In this document: positions 1 to 13,100 of the stretch, piece after piece
Numbering within the stretch: position 1 is the first letter of the stretch
How the letters are laid out: every line of letters starts with the position of its first letter
The notes under the pieces: model-generated
Seen by the model: only the letters and a program-made list of their open reading frames with translations
Databases searched by the model: none
What the model was told of the DNA's origin: nothing
Made by a program: the position numbers and the translations under genes
Source: Basidiobolus meristosporus CBS 931.73
Lineage: Eukaryota > Fungi > Basidiobolomycota
Length of the DNA: 64,000 nucleotides
Assembly: GCA_002104905.1 (NCBI GenBank)
Contig: MCFE01000495.1
Coordinates: forward strand, 1 to 64,000
Direction of reading: 5' to 3'

Positions 1-217
1 GATCAAATTAGAACTATTACCAAACATTATGTACTAACCCTGAAACTGTTACAGAATGCTCCTGAATATTGAGAAACCCTCCCTACTTAGTGTTGCAGCT
101 GTATTACTTCTACAGAGGTATAAATACTGAGCTTCTTTATGAATAAAAATCAGTTCAACTATTATCACTATTTCTTGATAAGTTCCTTATATCCAAATCA
201 CTTCTTAAATTGCAACA
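1..217 (+). repeat. 3' part of an LTR (family A), truncated by the window start
   Basis: Near-identical to 11511-11727. Ends ...TTAAATTGCAACA and contains TATAAATA and AATAAA. Abuts Ty3 gag sequence at 218. Confidence 0.85.
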
Positions 218-1122
218 GATTTCTTCACTGAGGCCAGTACTTTGAGATTTGCCTATGCTGGTGGCAATTGAAACAAAGTCCTTTCTTCTTATATTCTTCT
301 AAGCCTGGATTCTTCTGCATGGCATTTATTTCATTGGCACTGCATCTTACTCTCCTCCTTCATGGTCATTGTGGCTCTGCTGATTAGGTACTGAAGGCTT
401 TCCAACTCCAAGCATAGCCAGATCATAGTCAATGGCAATCATGATGGCTTTGTCAGTAGTTTTGGGTTGTTGATAATTCACTTCCTGGCAGTATTTTCTA
501 TGAACCCATTAAAAAGTATTCAACTTGCTCAGCAAGGTCCAATCTTTCAATCTGTCCAAGTAGATGCCTATACTCATAGATATATTCCTGAATCATTCCT
601 TTTTGTCTGAGTGTCTTCAGCTTCCTTCTTAGTACTGTCTGCTGACGTGGAGGCTCAATAGCATCATGAATTCCCAACACAAGCTCATCCTAGGTGAAGA
701 TAGTAGAGCAGCTCATCATAGTGGCTGATGTAATCTTAAAGTGATGTCACTGCAAAGCTGCATTTGGCAAGATAGTTGCTACATAACGCAACTTGCTTTG
801 TGGGACAGTTCCCCTAGAATTAAAAGCTACTTGAACTTGAGAGAGCCAAGTTCCCAGGTTTTCATTTACTCTACAATGGTACCAGTTGACCTTAACATTA
901 AAGTTGCTTTTGACAGGGCTTTGCTGGCTCTAAGTCATGGAGGTCATTCCTGGTTAAAACTAGCTGAGGATCAGGCGTAACAGCTGCTGTTGGGCCAGAG
1001 TATGCTGAATAGCATTCTTCCATTCTTAATCTTCCAACATTGATGGTGAAGCTTTGTCTCACTTCAGGAGAGAGGTTTCAGGTTATTGCTGCTACCAATG
1101 TTAGAAGCCTTGACATAAGAGT
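218..1122 (-). mobile_element. Degenerate Ty3/gypsy gag region and 5' leader (family B)
   Basis: ORF 498-680 (EPPRQQTVLRRKLKTLRQKGMIQEY) matches 9224-9445 (EPLHQQTLLRRKLKILRQKG). Zinc-knuckle remnant near 240-290. Many stops. Confidence 0.75.
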
Positions 1123-1459
1123 TGTAGAGGAATATGGAGTTTGGCTAGTATGGTGTATACTAAAATGAGCTGTTGTCTAATGGAGTTCTAGTGGCTCATT
1201 TTATGCATTTTGCCAGGTTGATTGGTGACTAATCTTTTCTGTAGGTTGTGGCTGATGACTTAGTTGATTGCATCATTGTCTCCTAATTAAATCTTACTTG
1301 ATACATCTTTTTCTGTCCAATAAGCATCTGCTAATTCTTCTGCTGACTTATACTACTAACTCGATAGAAAATACTGATATACTAATAGTTTAAGCATATA
1401 ATTAATTGACTTGACCAAATGCTAATCTAATCTGGAAGTTTGAACATCAGATCAAAACA
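1123..1459 (-). repeat. LTR family B, copy 1
   Basis: About 340 bp, TGTAGAGG...AAACA. Homologous to 5485-5825, 6623-6966 and 9846-10190. Confidence 0.8.
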
Positions 1460-2570
1460 GACCACTAATATATCTTCAAAGTTAATTGGCCTATTGAGCA
1501 GTAAAACAAGCAAAAAACTGTAATAATCCTGTCATCAGCTTGAAAGGCAAGTTGAAGGTATCAGGCTGCTTGCATATGACACCTACATAGTGGATTCTAA
1601 AGGCTGATAAGGTTTGGATTTGCCTGCTAAAACTCAAGTCAAAATAGCAGTTGTTTTGGAGGCATTTTTCCTGGTTCTTATGGGACTCAGACTGTTTTAC
1701 ATTTGCAGTATTAATTAGTGTGAGCTGCAGTATATACTTATGATCATCTGTCACTTGCCTGAAAAGACTTTTCCTTTTGCTTTCCACTTTTCTTCTCCTT
1801 GCTACTGCCAGGTCTTTTACTTCTGCTTAGACAGGGTACTTGATATATTGTTGCACTTAACAGCTTTACAGATCTTCAATGTATTTAACTTTTGGGCTTT
1901 AGTGTACTTCTTGCAGTCTCTTCCTCCCAGGCGGCAATTGGTATGCTGAGGGCCTTGTCCTTGGCACTTTTGCTGTGCTTTAAGAACATTGTTATGCTCT
2001 ACTGCAGTCACACTGGGAAATGGTGGAAATTGAGCCTGTTGCATAGAGCTACTTGAGTGCCTTCCTTGCAGCAAAGATACTAAATCCTCAACCTGGCGTA
2101 TCAATTACTTGATATGCAGTATCTGCTCATCCTGTTTCTGGATTGTTTCCTGCTTTTTCTGGGCAATTGCACTTTGCTAGTAGTCATTCTACGGTAGTTA
2201 TTTACTGTTCTTCTGGCACAGGTACTGCATATGCTTCATTCCTATCTGCTTGAGCATTGAAGCTAGCTTGTAGATCTGCAGAGATATTCAGCTGCCTATC
2301 CAGCCAAGAGCCTCAGGAGTGCCCATTACTACCTTCAGTGGCCACACTGTCACCACAACTTTGCTTGAATGCAGTCCTCTTTGTTACATTTAATGGTAAA
2401 GCAAGTTGTTGCCCATCCATTCTTTTATTGCTGCTGCATTGGGGCTTGGTTGTGATCCAGAAAGCTTGGTTGAATCTGTATGGCATATACATGGTACATA
2501 CAGGTGAATACTGTTATACAAGCTTACTTGTACTGCTTCCCGTGGTGAGTGATTATAGCTGTACAATTAC
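1460..2570 (-). mobile_element. Decayed gag-like fragments of another retroelement
   Basis: Broken frames with Gln-rich stretches and a Cys-spaced remnant (CRLGGRDCKK). CpG-depleted. No intact domain. Confidence 0.35.
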
Positions 2571-4543
2571 CAAGTAAACTGTCTATACAAGAATCTCTTA
2601 AGCTCTGATGAATATAAACAAAGAATTATTATAATAGTACTGCATCACCAAATGTCCTGGTGTTTGCCTGGGCCATCTTGAAGGTATGTGCAACCATGTC
2701 TTTGCCTTAGCACTTGATGAACTCTCAATAGGCAAGTATCCTACCAGCAAATCCTGCTAGCCACTGATTCTGGTAAACCTGGATATGTGCATAATCATTA
2801 TTGGAGCAGAAATCTGATTGTAGTCTCACCAGTATTTGTGCCTAATTCACAGTCAACCTCAATAGCTACCTGCAACATTACTAGATGAGCCCTGCATGCC
2901 ATGCATTACATAATTTGTACATCTCTATTTTGCCAAAGCACCTATCATAGTCTGTTTGAGAGATACCTCTTCCATTGGTAAGATAGCTGGCTTTTCTGAT
3001 CACAATGATTAGTATTGTTGTTTTTACCATCCATACTGGACAGTTTTACTGTAAAATTGTAAGATCAGTAGGTATCAATTTATAACTCTCACACATTATT
3101 GTTATCTAAGCACTACCACTAAGAAATCCATCTTTCCATCTAGAGTGCATACAGAAGCTTGCATGCAATTGCTGCATACCTGGCAAGATAGATGCTAACT
3201 GGCCAGCAATAGAAGCTAATAAACAGCTGCAGATGGCTAAGATAACCAGGGCGTATCAGTGTAAAAGGTTCCCACTGGGAGCAATGCAGTTGCTTTTTAA
3301 CAATGTTGCAATACCAGTAGGTTGATTTTACATTTGGCATTTGAAGCTAAATGAGCCCTTTGAGGTACCAACAAATTTTGAAACAGTTGGCAAGCTACTC
3401 CAGTGTATCTGCATATTAAAGTACTTCTTACAAGCGCAAAATTAAGTTCAAACACATGTATTAACACAAAGGCAAGTACTGGACAATATGGATATGTATA
3501 TACTCATGTGGACTTCCTAAACAACTTAAGTCTAAAGTTCATTGGACCTTTGGGAGTCAAATGCTGGCATTGTAGGAATGGTTATTCAGATGTACATAAC
3601 TAGTGAATCTTTTGTAAGTCTACAGCTTTAATGTAAAGAGTTTTTGATAGAATGTGAGTGACTATACTACAAGCATAGGTTTACAAGCATAGATCTCAGT
3701 TATTACTATATTCATAATCCACTCCTGCTTACTTGATGTGGGTAATATTAAATCTTGCTCCTTCTTTAGGGAGTTTCCTATGCATGGAATGTAAAGGGAG
3801 AAAAGAGGAAATGATAGGTGGCAAGTACCACCATACTGCTACCACTTCATGAACAGCATCTTCAGGACCATCATGCAAGCAATGAGTTACCTTTTGGGAG
3901 GCAGCCAGGAAATGTGGAAGCTAACCCTCAAACAACACTATGCATACTTCATGAATGCCCCATCAAAAGACAGTCAAAGGGTTGATTGGTTTGATACTTT
4001 GTTTGAAAAGAGCACTAAAGCACTGCCCTAATCCCACAGAAGAAGATAAACAAGGTCAAGAATTTTAAGCATTTATGTAATCATAATAACTGGATAAGGT
4101 AAACATCCATTTCAGGAAGTATATTGGCAAAAGTTAAAACCTTTATACAATTGGCTTGAATACTTGTAATTATATATGTATATGCTTATATTTGGCATGT
4201 TATACCCTACAAAATATAATTTAGTCCTGCAGGAAGATTTAGTAGATATCAGCCACTAAGATTCCACAATTGGGCTTTCAGAACGCTAGCAGCTTGGAAT
4301 TATTGACCGTCTTTGCAATCTGACGGCACAATAGTACTTTGCTGATTATACCGCTATAAAGGTAAGTCAGCTTAATGGAGCTCAGACAGTTCTTCAACAG
4401 GGTATTGATGGCATTCTGTTAGTCTTGTTGAGGCCTGCACTTATTTGAGTGAATGCAACTGGCCATTGTATGCTAAAGCAATCAGGACTATACAATTGAT
4501 TGTTTTGTCAAAACTTATTTTGGATCCTTTTACAAAGAACAGC

Positions 4544-5002
4544 ATGAAGGTTTTTGCTAAAATTTTGGTAGGTCTATGTGCAATAGGAAATGTCTATTCT
4601 AATCCAACAGTTTCTTGTACCATGGATTTGGTGTCTCCTAAAGTTAGTCACTTCACAACAGTCACCGCTAACAGGACATTCTTAATGACCAGCACAAGAA
4701 ATGCCAACTATTCTAGCCCAAATTTCAATGTGGCATCCAACCCTTATCAGATTGCCAATGGTCTGACTAAAAACTGTATCTTTTGCGCCGCAAGATTGGC
4801 TACCCTGGGGGGTACAGACTATTTACGCAGATACAAAGAATGGTATCCAGTAAAGTACAGAGATTTGTGTAGATATGCAAAGAGTACATGCCAACATGGA
4901 ATGTGGGCAAAACTTTGTCAGGTTTGCAGAAAGATTGCCCATAACATGGCATTCAATAATTGTTATATGAAACAGGGAAGAAGACAAGGATGTAATGTTT
5001 GA
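4544..5002 (+). CDS. Small secreted cysteine-rich basic protein, 152 aa (effector-like)
   Basis: ATG at 4544 gives MKVFAKILVGLCAIGNVYS (signal-peptide-like) followed by 9 further Cys. Uninterrupted frame, upstream CTATAAAG near 4354, local CpGs retained unlike the flanks. Confidence 0.6.
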   Translation: MKVFAKILVGLCAIGNVYSNPTVSCTMDLVSPKVSHFTTVTANRTFLMTSTRNANYSSPNFNVASNPYQIANGLTKNCIFCAARLATLGGTDYLRRYKEWYPVKYRDLCRYAKSTCQHGMWAKLCQVCRKIAHNMAFNNCYMKQGRRQGCNV

Positions 5003-5484
5003 AATAACAATTGTAGCCATTACTATTAAACTTATTCATTATGATAAAAGCAAACCATAATCAGGACCTTTTTTGAAAGTCAGTTAACATGTCTTTTAAT
5101 AACCAGAATTACTGCCATGATAAATTTAATAATGTACTGGTAAAACCAGAATGCATCCTGTCTCTGATATTTGGGAGCATCTTTCCCATGTACCAAAACA
5201 CAATGGCAACTCCTGCATATGATGATAAGGATGGGTGCAGATTTATGATGGAGTTACAAGTATGTCCTTATTTCTCATAAGACCCAATCAATCAGGATTA
5301 GGTATCAAATTTAGTAATGTGCTAAGGAAGTATCTCAGTAATACAAGAAACCAGCAAAGACAGAAGAGCAAGGGTGTCATGGCTAAGAACCAACAGCTTG
5401 ATCATGAGCCCATTACAAGCAGAGCCAAAAGCTTTAAAGAGGAGTCAAAGAAATTTCTAGTGTTACAAGTTTTGATACAAGAGT

Positions 5485-5825
5485 TGTAGAGGAATAGGGA
5501 GTTTAACTTGTATAGTATTTATAAGCACTTAAGCTGATCTTTGTTGAGGTTCCAGTGGCTCCTTGTATATATTTTGCAATATCAATTGCTGAGTAACTGT
5601 ATTTCTTAGTGTAGATTGTGACTGATGACACATTGGATTGCATCATGACCAAATTAGAACTTACTTAATATATCTAATTCAATCTGATAATGATCTGCTG
5701 ATTCATCTGCTAACCAATATAACAGACTTGATGGAGCATACTGATATACTGATAGGCCAAGCATGATATTAATTGATTTGGCTAAAAGTGACTTAACTTT
5801 GAAACTCAAACATCAGGTCATAACA
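5485..5825 (-). repeat. LTR family B, copy 2
   Basis: TGTAGAGG...ATAACA. Purine tract (minus strand GGTAGGGAAGAA) on its right; leader and gag-start remnant on its left (about 5230-5484). Confidence 0.8.
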
Positions 5826-6622
5826 TTCTTCCCTACCATGGCCAAGAGGGCTCTCCTGAATCTCTTTGCTGGTGATAGCAATATCTTCATGGTTCAGAAT
5901 TGAAGGTAAGTCTTGGAAGATGAAGTCTGTTTCCATGAACTAGATCTGCTTGGAAATTCCCTTGTTTATCTACTAGTTGGTAAGTTGCAAATGGACATTT
6001 TCTGATGATCTTGAATGATCCTGTCTATTGTGGTTCAAACTTCTTCTGAGTGCTGTTTCTTAGCAATAGAATGTTCCAACTGTCAAAGCCTCTGGTAATA
6101 TAGTCTTATGAAATCTTTGCTTCATCTTTTCTTCAGTCTAAGATTTTAGACCTGTACTTCCTGTCACTTTTATTCTAGTTGTTGGTGTCAACTAAGCTGA
6201 TTGAGTTCATCCTCTAAACTGACAGTGAGCTTTAGCTATGTGAGATCTCCTGAGATTCTTGGTTTGCCTCCATACACAAAGTAAAGTGGCAATCATTGGG
6301 TACTGTTGTGCACCTTAACTCTGCAGGCAAACAATACTTGTTCAATATACTTGTCCCATTTACTTATAGCTCCAATTGAATACTTGGCTGACATCTTTTC
6401 CAAATAGTCCACCAGCCTGCCCAGTAACTCCATACATTCCAGGGTGAGATACCAAAGCTTTCAAATTCTTGATCTGTTGCATTTGCTGGTAGGCTTCTGA
6501 TGTTTTGGCTAGAAAGCTTGCACCTATGTAAGATAAAATTTCCACATGGCATCCAAACTTTAGCAGGATTGCATGTTGATGAAACTTGCAACATCTTGTG
6601 TTACAAGTCTTGGTATTAGAAT
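5826..6622 (-). mobile_element. Internally deleted Ty3 unit: leader fused directly to the integrase 3' half
   Basis: Homologous to 6967-7700 (PFAAYQ.V, GISPW motifs). The leader sequence ending at 6622 jumps straight into integrase near 6595. Confidence 0.7.
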
Positions 6623-6966
6623 TGTAGAGGAATAAGGAGTTTAGCTAGTATTGTATTCACTAAAACTAGAACTGATTTTTATTGCGGTTCAAGCAGCTCC
6701 CTATATAAATTTTGCCAGATAAATTGCTGACTATTTATATTTTCTAATGTTGTTGTGGTTGACAACTCATTTGATTGCATCATCATCACCATATAAGATC
6801 CTACTGAGTATATCTACTTCTGTCTGATAAGGATCTGCTGATTCATTTGCTGACTAATGCTACTGACATGATAAATAACACTGATATACAGATAGGCTAA
6901 GCAGACAAATGATTGATTTGACTGAAAACTGATCTAACTTAATCATTCAAGTAATAGATTGTAACA
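6623..6966 (-). repeat. LTR family B, copy 3 (shared between two units)
   Basis: PPT (minus strand AGTAGGGGAGTA) on its right and leader on its left. Confidence 0.8.
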
Positions 6967-9845
6967 TACTCCCCTACTATAGTTGAGAGGGTTCTCCCAA
7001 ATATCTTTTCTTGTGATACCAATATCTTGATGGTTTAGTATTGTTGACAAGTCTTGGAAGCTTGAGTCTGTATCTATGAACTAAATCTCCCCAGATATTC
7101 CCTTGTTTGTCCACTGGTTGGTAAGCTGCAAATGGACATTCTCTGATGATCTTAAAAGGTTGCATTGATTGTGGCTCAAACTTCTTCAGAGTGCTGTTTC
7201 TCAGCAACACAAAGCTCTCAACTGTCAATGCTCCTGGTGATATAGTCTTATCAAGTCTCTGCTTCATCTTTTCTGCATTGTGAGATACTTTGTCCTGTGT
7301 CTCTTGACATCTTTGCTCCCGCTGCTGATTTTTACTTGCCTGACTGAGCTCATCTTCTAAGGTGTCTGTAAGCTTTGGCTGTGTGAGAACTCCTGGAATT
7401 CTTGGTTCACATCCATACACTAAGTAAATGGCAATTTTTGGATGGTGCTGTGTACTCTAACCCTGCATGCAAAAAGTGCTGTTCTATATACTCATCCCAT
7501 CTACTAACAGCTCTATTTGTATACTTGATCAGCATTCATCCAAGTAATCAATTAAACTGCTCAGTGACTCCAATAGTTCTAGGGTGATATGCCAAGGTTT
7601 TCAAGTGTCTGATGTGCTGTATTTCCAGGCAAGCTTCCAATGTCTTTGCCATAAAGTTTGCTCCTGTATTGGATAAAATTGCTACAGGCATTCAAACTTC
7701 TTGAGGGTCTCATGGTAGATGAAATTTCAACTGCTTGTTCACTGGCTAAAGGTACTGCTATGACTACTGGCCATTTAGTGGCATGGCCAATTGCTACTAA
7801 CATTCAATGGTTGCATTTCCTGGTAGTTGGCAGTCTTCTGATAGAATCAACTCCCCATCTTTCAAATAGTCTTACAGTCTCCAAGAGAAAGAGTTCAGCA
7901 ATTTTCTGTGGTTGGCCTTGGTTGATCTGGCAATTTGGGCATATCCATATCCATTGTGTAGCTTATGTATCAAGTCCAGGCAAAAAACAGAAGGGCAATA
8001 GACAATAGGCCTTTCATTCACAATTTTGTAAAGTGTTTTACCCTGTACCACAAGCTTGCTGGTTTTATCCTAAATTTTCTTGCTGCTCTTCATCCACCTC
8101 ATTAGGAATGTCTTGGACCTCCAAGTACTTTTGTAATAGGTTAGGCCAATCTGATTCATGTGCCAAGTTTAGTTGTGCAACTGATTCTAATCTTGATGAG
8201 GCATCAGCAACTATGTTGTTTTCCCAGGGCAGTACACAATCTCCAAATCAAATTGCTGAATGTATTTACTCCATTGTGTCATTCTTCTAGAGAGTACCTT
8301 TGGAGTAAGTATGTACATGAGGGAGGCTTGGCCAGTCTTCACAGTGCCTTTGACTCCTTCAATATAGCATTGCCATGTCTTCAAGCTGTGTATTATAGTA
8401 AGTCTCTCCTTCTCATGCGCTGGATAGTTTTGTTCCAATGAGTTCAGGCTCTTGGGTTCAAAAGTAACTGGGTAGTCCTTTCCCTTGTGCTCTTGGCTCT
8501 ACACTCCACCAAATTACATAATCTGAAGCATCTGTGCACAGAGTAAACTCTGTTCTGAATTCAGGTATTCCTAAGCTTAGCAGCTTAGCAAGTTCATTCT
8601 TGAGCATCTGAAAGGCAGTCTTGCAGGCTATGTAATGATCTGAGTTCTGATATGCTATGAGGCTGCTTCAGATTCTTGGTAACTTCAACCTTCTTAGGGT
8701 CTAAGGTTACTCCTGTGCTAGTCATTATGTGTCCCAGATATTCAATGTGCTCCTTGAAGAATTCACACTAGGGTAGCTTTCCATTGTTTACTCCATTTAA
8801 GTAAAATATTTCCCTGAGTTTGAGGTCATCTGGGATAAATATTCTTCTGTCATGTGAAATATGAGTTCTAAATCTTCTTCAAGCTCATCCTCCATGTTAC
8901 TATGCTCAAGGGCTTCAACATGGTTGAAGATTTTGATGGCTAGTGCCCATTTCTTCTCTGAGGGCAGTACTTTGCAATATGTCCCTGCTGGTGGCAATAA
9001 AGCAAAGTCCTTTCTCCTTACATTCTACTGAGGTAAGATTCTTCTGCATAGCATCTATTTTCATTGGCACTGCTTCTGATTGTCTTCTTTCATAGTGATT
9101 GTAGCCTCTCTGATCAGTCATTGTGGGCTTTTTGGCTCCAAACATAGCCTAGTCATATTAAATGGCAATCTTGATGGCTTATTCAGTGATCTGAGGTCTC
9201 AATAGTTCACTTCATTGCTGGTTCTATAATCCATTAGTAAAGAATTCCACTTGATCCAGGGGGTCCATTCTTTGAACTTGTCCAAACAGACATCTATTTA
9301 AATAATTGTACTCTTGAGCCATTCCTTTCTGTCTTAGTATCTTCAGCTTTCTTCTGAGTAGTGTCTGCTGGTGTAGGGGTTCAAAAGCATCCCAAATTGC
9401 CAACACAGACTCATCCCAAGTAGAGATTGTAGAGCATTCCATCATGGTGTCTGACCTGATCCTGTTGTGGTACCACTGTAAAGCTGCATATGCCAGGTAA
9501 GAGACTGCTTAATGTAACTTGCTTTCTGGAGCAGTTTCCTTAGCCCTGAAAGTCTCCAATCTGAAAAGCCAAGTTCCCATATTTTTATTGACTCTACCTT
9601 GGTACTGGTTAACCTTCACACTGAAGTTGCTCTTGACAGGGTTTTGCTAGCTTTGGGCCATGGTAGTCATTCCTTGTTGCTGCTGGCTAAGAATCTGGAG
9701 TAACTGTTGCTGTTGGGCCGGGATTTATTGCATAGCATTCTTCCTTTCTTGATTTTCTGACATCTTGGAGGAGGCTACTTCTTTCTTCAGGAGGGAGAGT
9801 TTTGGTTATTGCTGCTACAAATGTTGCAAGTCTTGGTAAAAGAGT
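6967..9845 (-). mobile_element. Ty3/gypsy internal region (gag, partial RT, RNase H, integrase) with protease and RT N-terminus deleted
   Basis: RNase H motif QNYPAHEKERLTIIHSLKTW...YIQQFDLEIVYCPGK; integrase LVAIGHATKWPV; gag 9224-9445. A junction near 8780 joins the protease start to the RT C-terminal part. Many stops. Confidence 0.85.
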
Positions 9846-10190
9846 TGTAGAGGAATGGGGAGCTTAGCAAGTGTTGTATTCACTAAAACTTGAACTAATT
9901 CTCATTGAGGTTCCAGCAGCTCCTTATATATGTTTTGCCAGATAAATTGCTGACTGTTTATATATTTTAATGTAGGTTGGAGCTGATGACTCATCCAATT
10001 GCATTATCATCACCTAATAACATCATGCCTAATATATCTATTTCTGTCTGATAAGGATCTGCTGAATCATTTGCTGACTATTGCTACTGATTTGATAGCT
10101 AACACTGATGTAATGACAGGCTTAACAAATGACTAATTAATTTGACCAAAAACTGTTCTAACTTAATCATTCAAGGCAAAGATCATAACA
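9846..10190 (-). repeat. LTR family B, copy 4 (5' LTR)
   Basis: TGTAGAGG...ATAACA, homologous to the other B copies. Confidence 0.8.
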
Positions 10191-13100
10191 CTTGTTCACT
10201 GGCTACAAGTACAGCTTAAGTAACTGGCCATTTAGTGCATGGTCATTTTCTACTAAAATCCACCAAATGGGTATCAGGTAGGGGGCAGTCTTCCAGAAAG
10301 TCTATTCCCCATTTTTCAAATGATCTTACTGGAACTAAGGGAAGGAGTTCTGCAACTCACTGTGGTTGACCTTGGCTGATTTGGCAACTTGGGGATGTTT
10401 TCACTGGCCTTGCAATATCTTATTCCATTCTGGGCCACCATGCTCTAGCTTTTATGAGGCTATGGGTTCCCTCAATTCCCAGATATTCAAATCCATTGTG
10501 TAGCTGGTGTATTAAGTCCAGGCAAGTAACATAGGGGCAATAGGAAATAGGGCTTCCATCAACAATTTGGTAGAGTGTAGCATTTTGTACTTCAGGTTTG
10601 CTTGCATCATCCCATATAATCCTCTTGACATCTTCATTCACCCCATTAGCAATGGCTGGGTTGTTCAAGTACTTTGGTAACAGGCTGGGCCAATCTGATT
10701 CATACACCAGGCTGAGTTGTCTAACTTGTTCTAGTCATGAAAAGGCACCAGCAACCATGTTGCTTTTCCCAGGGCAGTAGACAATCTCCTGGTCAAATTG
10801 CTGAGTTTACTCACTCCATCTTGTCATTCTTCAAGGTAGTCCCTTCTGAATATAAATATACTTAAGGGAGAGATGATATATCTTTGTAGTGCACTTGACC
10901 CCTTCAATGCAGGATCTTCATATCTTTAAGCGGTGTATTATGGCAAGCTTTTGCTTAACATGCACCAGAATGTTTTGTTCTTCAGAGTTCAGGCTCTTGT
11001 ATTCTAAAGCAGCTGAGTATTGCTCACCTTCAGGTTTTTAGTACAGTACTCCACCAATTGCAAAGTCTGAAGCAATTGTGCAGAGGGTAACCTCTTTTCT
11101 GAAGTCCTGTATTTGTTAGCTTTGCAGCTTGGCAAGCACATTGTTGAGTGTCTGAAAGGCAATCTCACAGGATATGTCCTACTTTAAGGCATTGTCCTTC
11201 TTGAGCATATCAGTCAAACAAGCTGCAATACTTGCAAACAACTTTACAAATATCTGATAATTGGGAACTATTTCAATGTATGATCTGAGCATTGAAATGA
11301 TATGGAGCTGCTTCAGATTCTTGATAACTTCCACTTTATTATGGTCTAAGGTCACTACTGCTGAAACATTGAACTATTTGGTATCATTCTGCGGCTAAAA
11401 ATTTACTCAACAATTCTAGACCAGCCTTGGTCATTGTGGGACTAATTTACAGCTCAAACTTTGCCACTTTCTTCAGATCCATGATCTTATGATTATTCCC
11501 TTATAGTCGGGATCAAATTAGCACTGTTACTAAACATTATGTACTAGCCCTGAAACTGTCACAGAATGCTCCTGAATATTGAGAAACCCTCCTTACTTAG
11601 TGTTACAGCTCTATTACTTCTACAAAGGTATAAATACTGAGCTTCTTTATTCATAAACAACAGCTCAACTATTATCACTATTTCTTGATAAGTTCCTTAT
11701 ATCCCAATCACTTCTTAAATTGCAACAACTACTGTACTAGTTGCTATGTGTGCCAGATACAGGAATGTTCTTTGAAGAGCTTACACTTTGCTAGCTTGCC
11801 ATATAGCTTGTTCTCTTTTAGCTACTTCAAGACCTTGTCTATGTGCACCAGGTGGTCCTCTACTGTCTTGCTGTATATCAATATGTAAACTATGTAGATG
11901 ACCACAAACCTGTCTAGGTACTTCCAGAAGATGGTTTGCATCAAGGTCACAAATGTTGCTTGGGCATTGGTGCAGGAAAACTCATGAATAACTACATGTA
12001 ATGTTCATACTTATTCCTGTGTGCTGTCTTAGGTATATCTTCAGGGCTCACCCTAATTGGTTTGTATCCTGTAGTGAAGTCAATCTTGTTGAATATGGTT
12101 GCTTCATTGAGCTAGTCCAAAAGCTCATCAATCAAAGGTATAGGGTACTTATTGTTTGCAGTAAATGAGTTTTGGGCTCTGTAATTAATACACATCCTGA
12201 GTGTTCTATCCTTTGTTTTTAGCAAAAGCATTGGTGGTCCCCAGGATGACTTACTGGGCCTGGAGTTTTCTTGCTCCAAAACTTGATAAATTTGTCTCTT
12301 CAAATCTTTCAATTACAATGGAATCAACCTGTAAGATGTCTTGTTCACTGGGGGGCTATCTTCTGTGTCAGCACTTTGACTCACATCTCTGACTGATGGT
12401 TGGCTAGCAAGTTCATCTGGAAATATATCTGAATAATTTGTCCAAAGAGTCTGGACTTGCTGGGGTGCTGCAGTAGAGGAATTGCCCTGTGGGACTGCTA
12501 TGAGAACCATCTTTATAACTTTTCTAAGTGATCCGCAAAACTCTGCTATGCTCAATTCACTCTTTTCCAACAAACTGGAATTAACCAAGTTGAAATCCAG
12601 TCTAGCAGGTAGAAGCTCATAGGTCTAGTTGCCTTTTTGGATCTGAGTGGCATGGTTCTGCAATTGATTGATATATTGCAGCTGTATAGCCACGTCTTTC
12701 CAACAACAAGGTCAAATTTGCAGTTTCCAAATATATAGGTCTGCAGGTCTTGTTCATATTCATTGATCATCTTTCATACTTGTTGAGAAATACAGTTGAT
12801 TATGTGAGAGTCCCCACCAGCTACTCAAGCTGAAGTGGATTTGTTAAGTTCCAAGTTGATCCTGCTTTCAAGGCTGGTTGTTCTGACATGTACTTGTGTG
12901 ATGTTCCTGAGTCAATCATAATCTTGTCAGGCACTCCATTGTTTACTCCATTTAAGTAAAATATTTTCCTGAGTTTGATGTCATTTGGGATAAGTACTTG
13001 TCTGTCATATGGAAGTTGAGTTCTGACTCCTCTACAAGCTCAGCTTCCACTGCACTATGTCCTTGGTCTTCACTATGGTGGAAAGTTCCAGTAGACTGAT

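Noticed and set aside
2600-3700. Possible decayed tyrosine recombinase (DIRS/Crypton) on the minus strand (LKLFRKST...CPVLAF; SRWK)
   Set aside because: Only short scattered motifs in different frames, with no convincing HxxR. Needs a stop-tolerant HMM search.
9820-9845. Family-B Ty3 has no TGG-type PBS, suggesting Tf1-like self-priming
   Set aside because: I could not find a complementary segment inside the LTR, and the copies are too eroded to decide.
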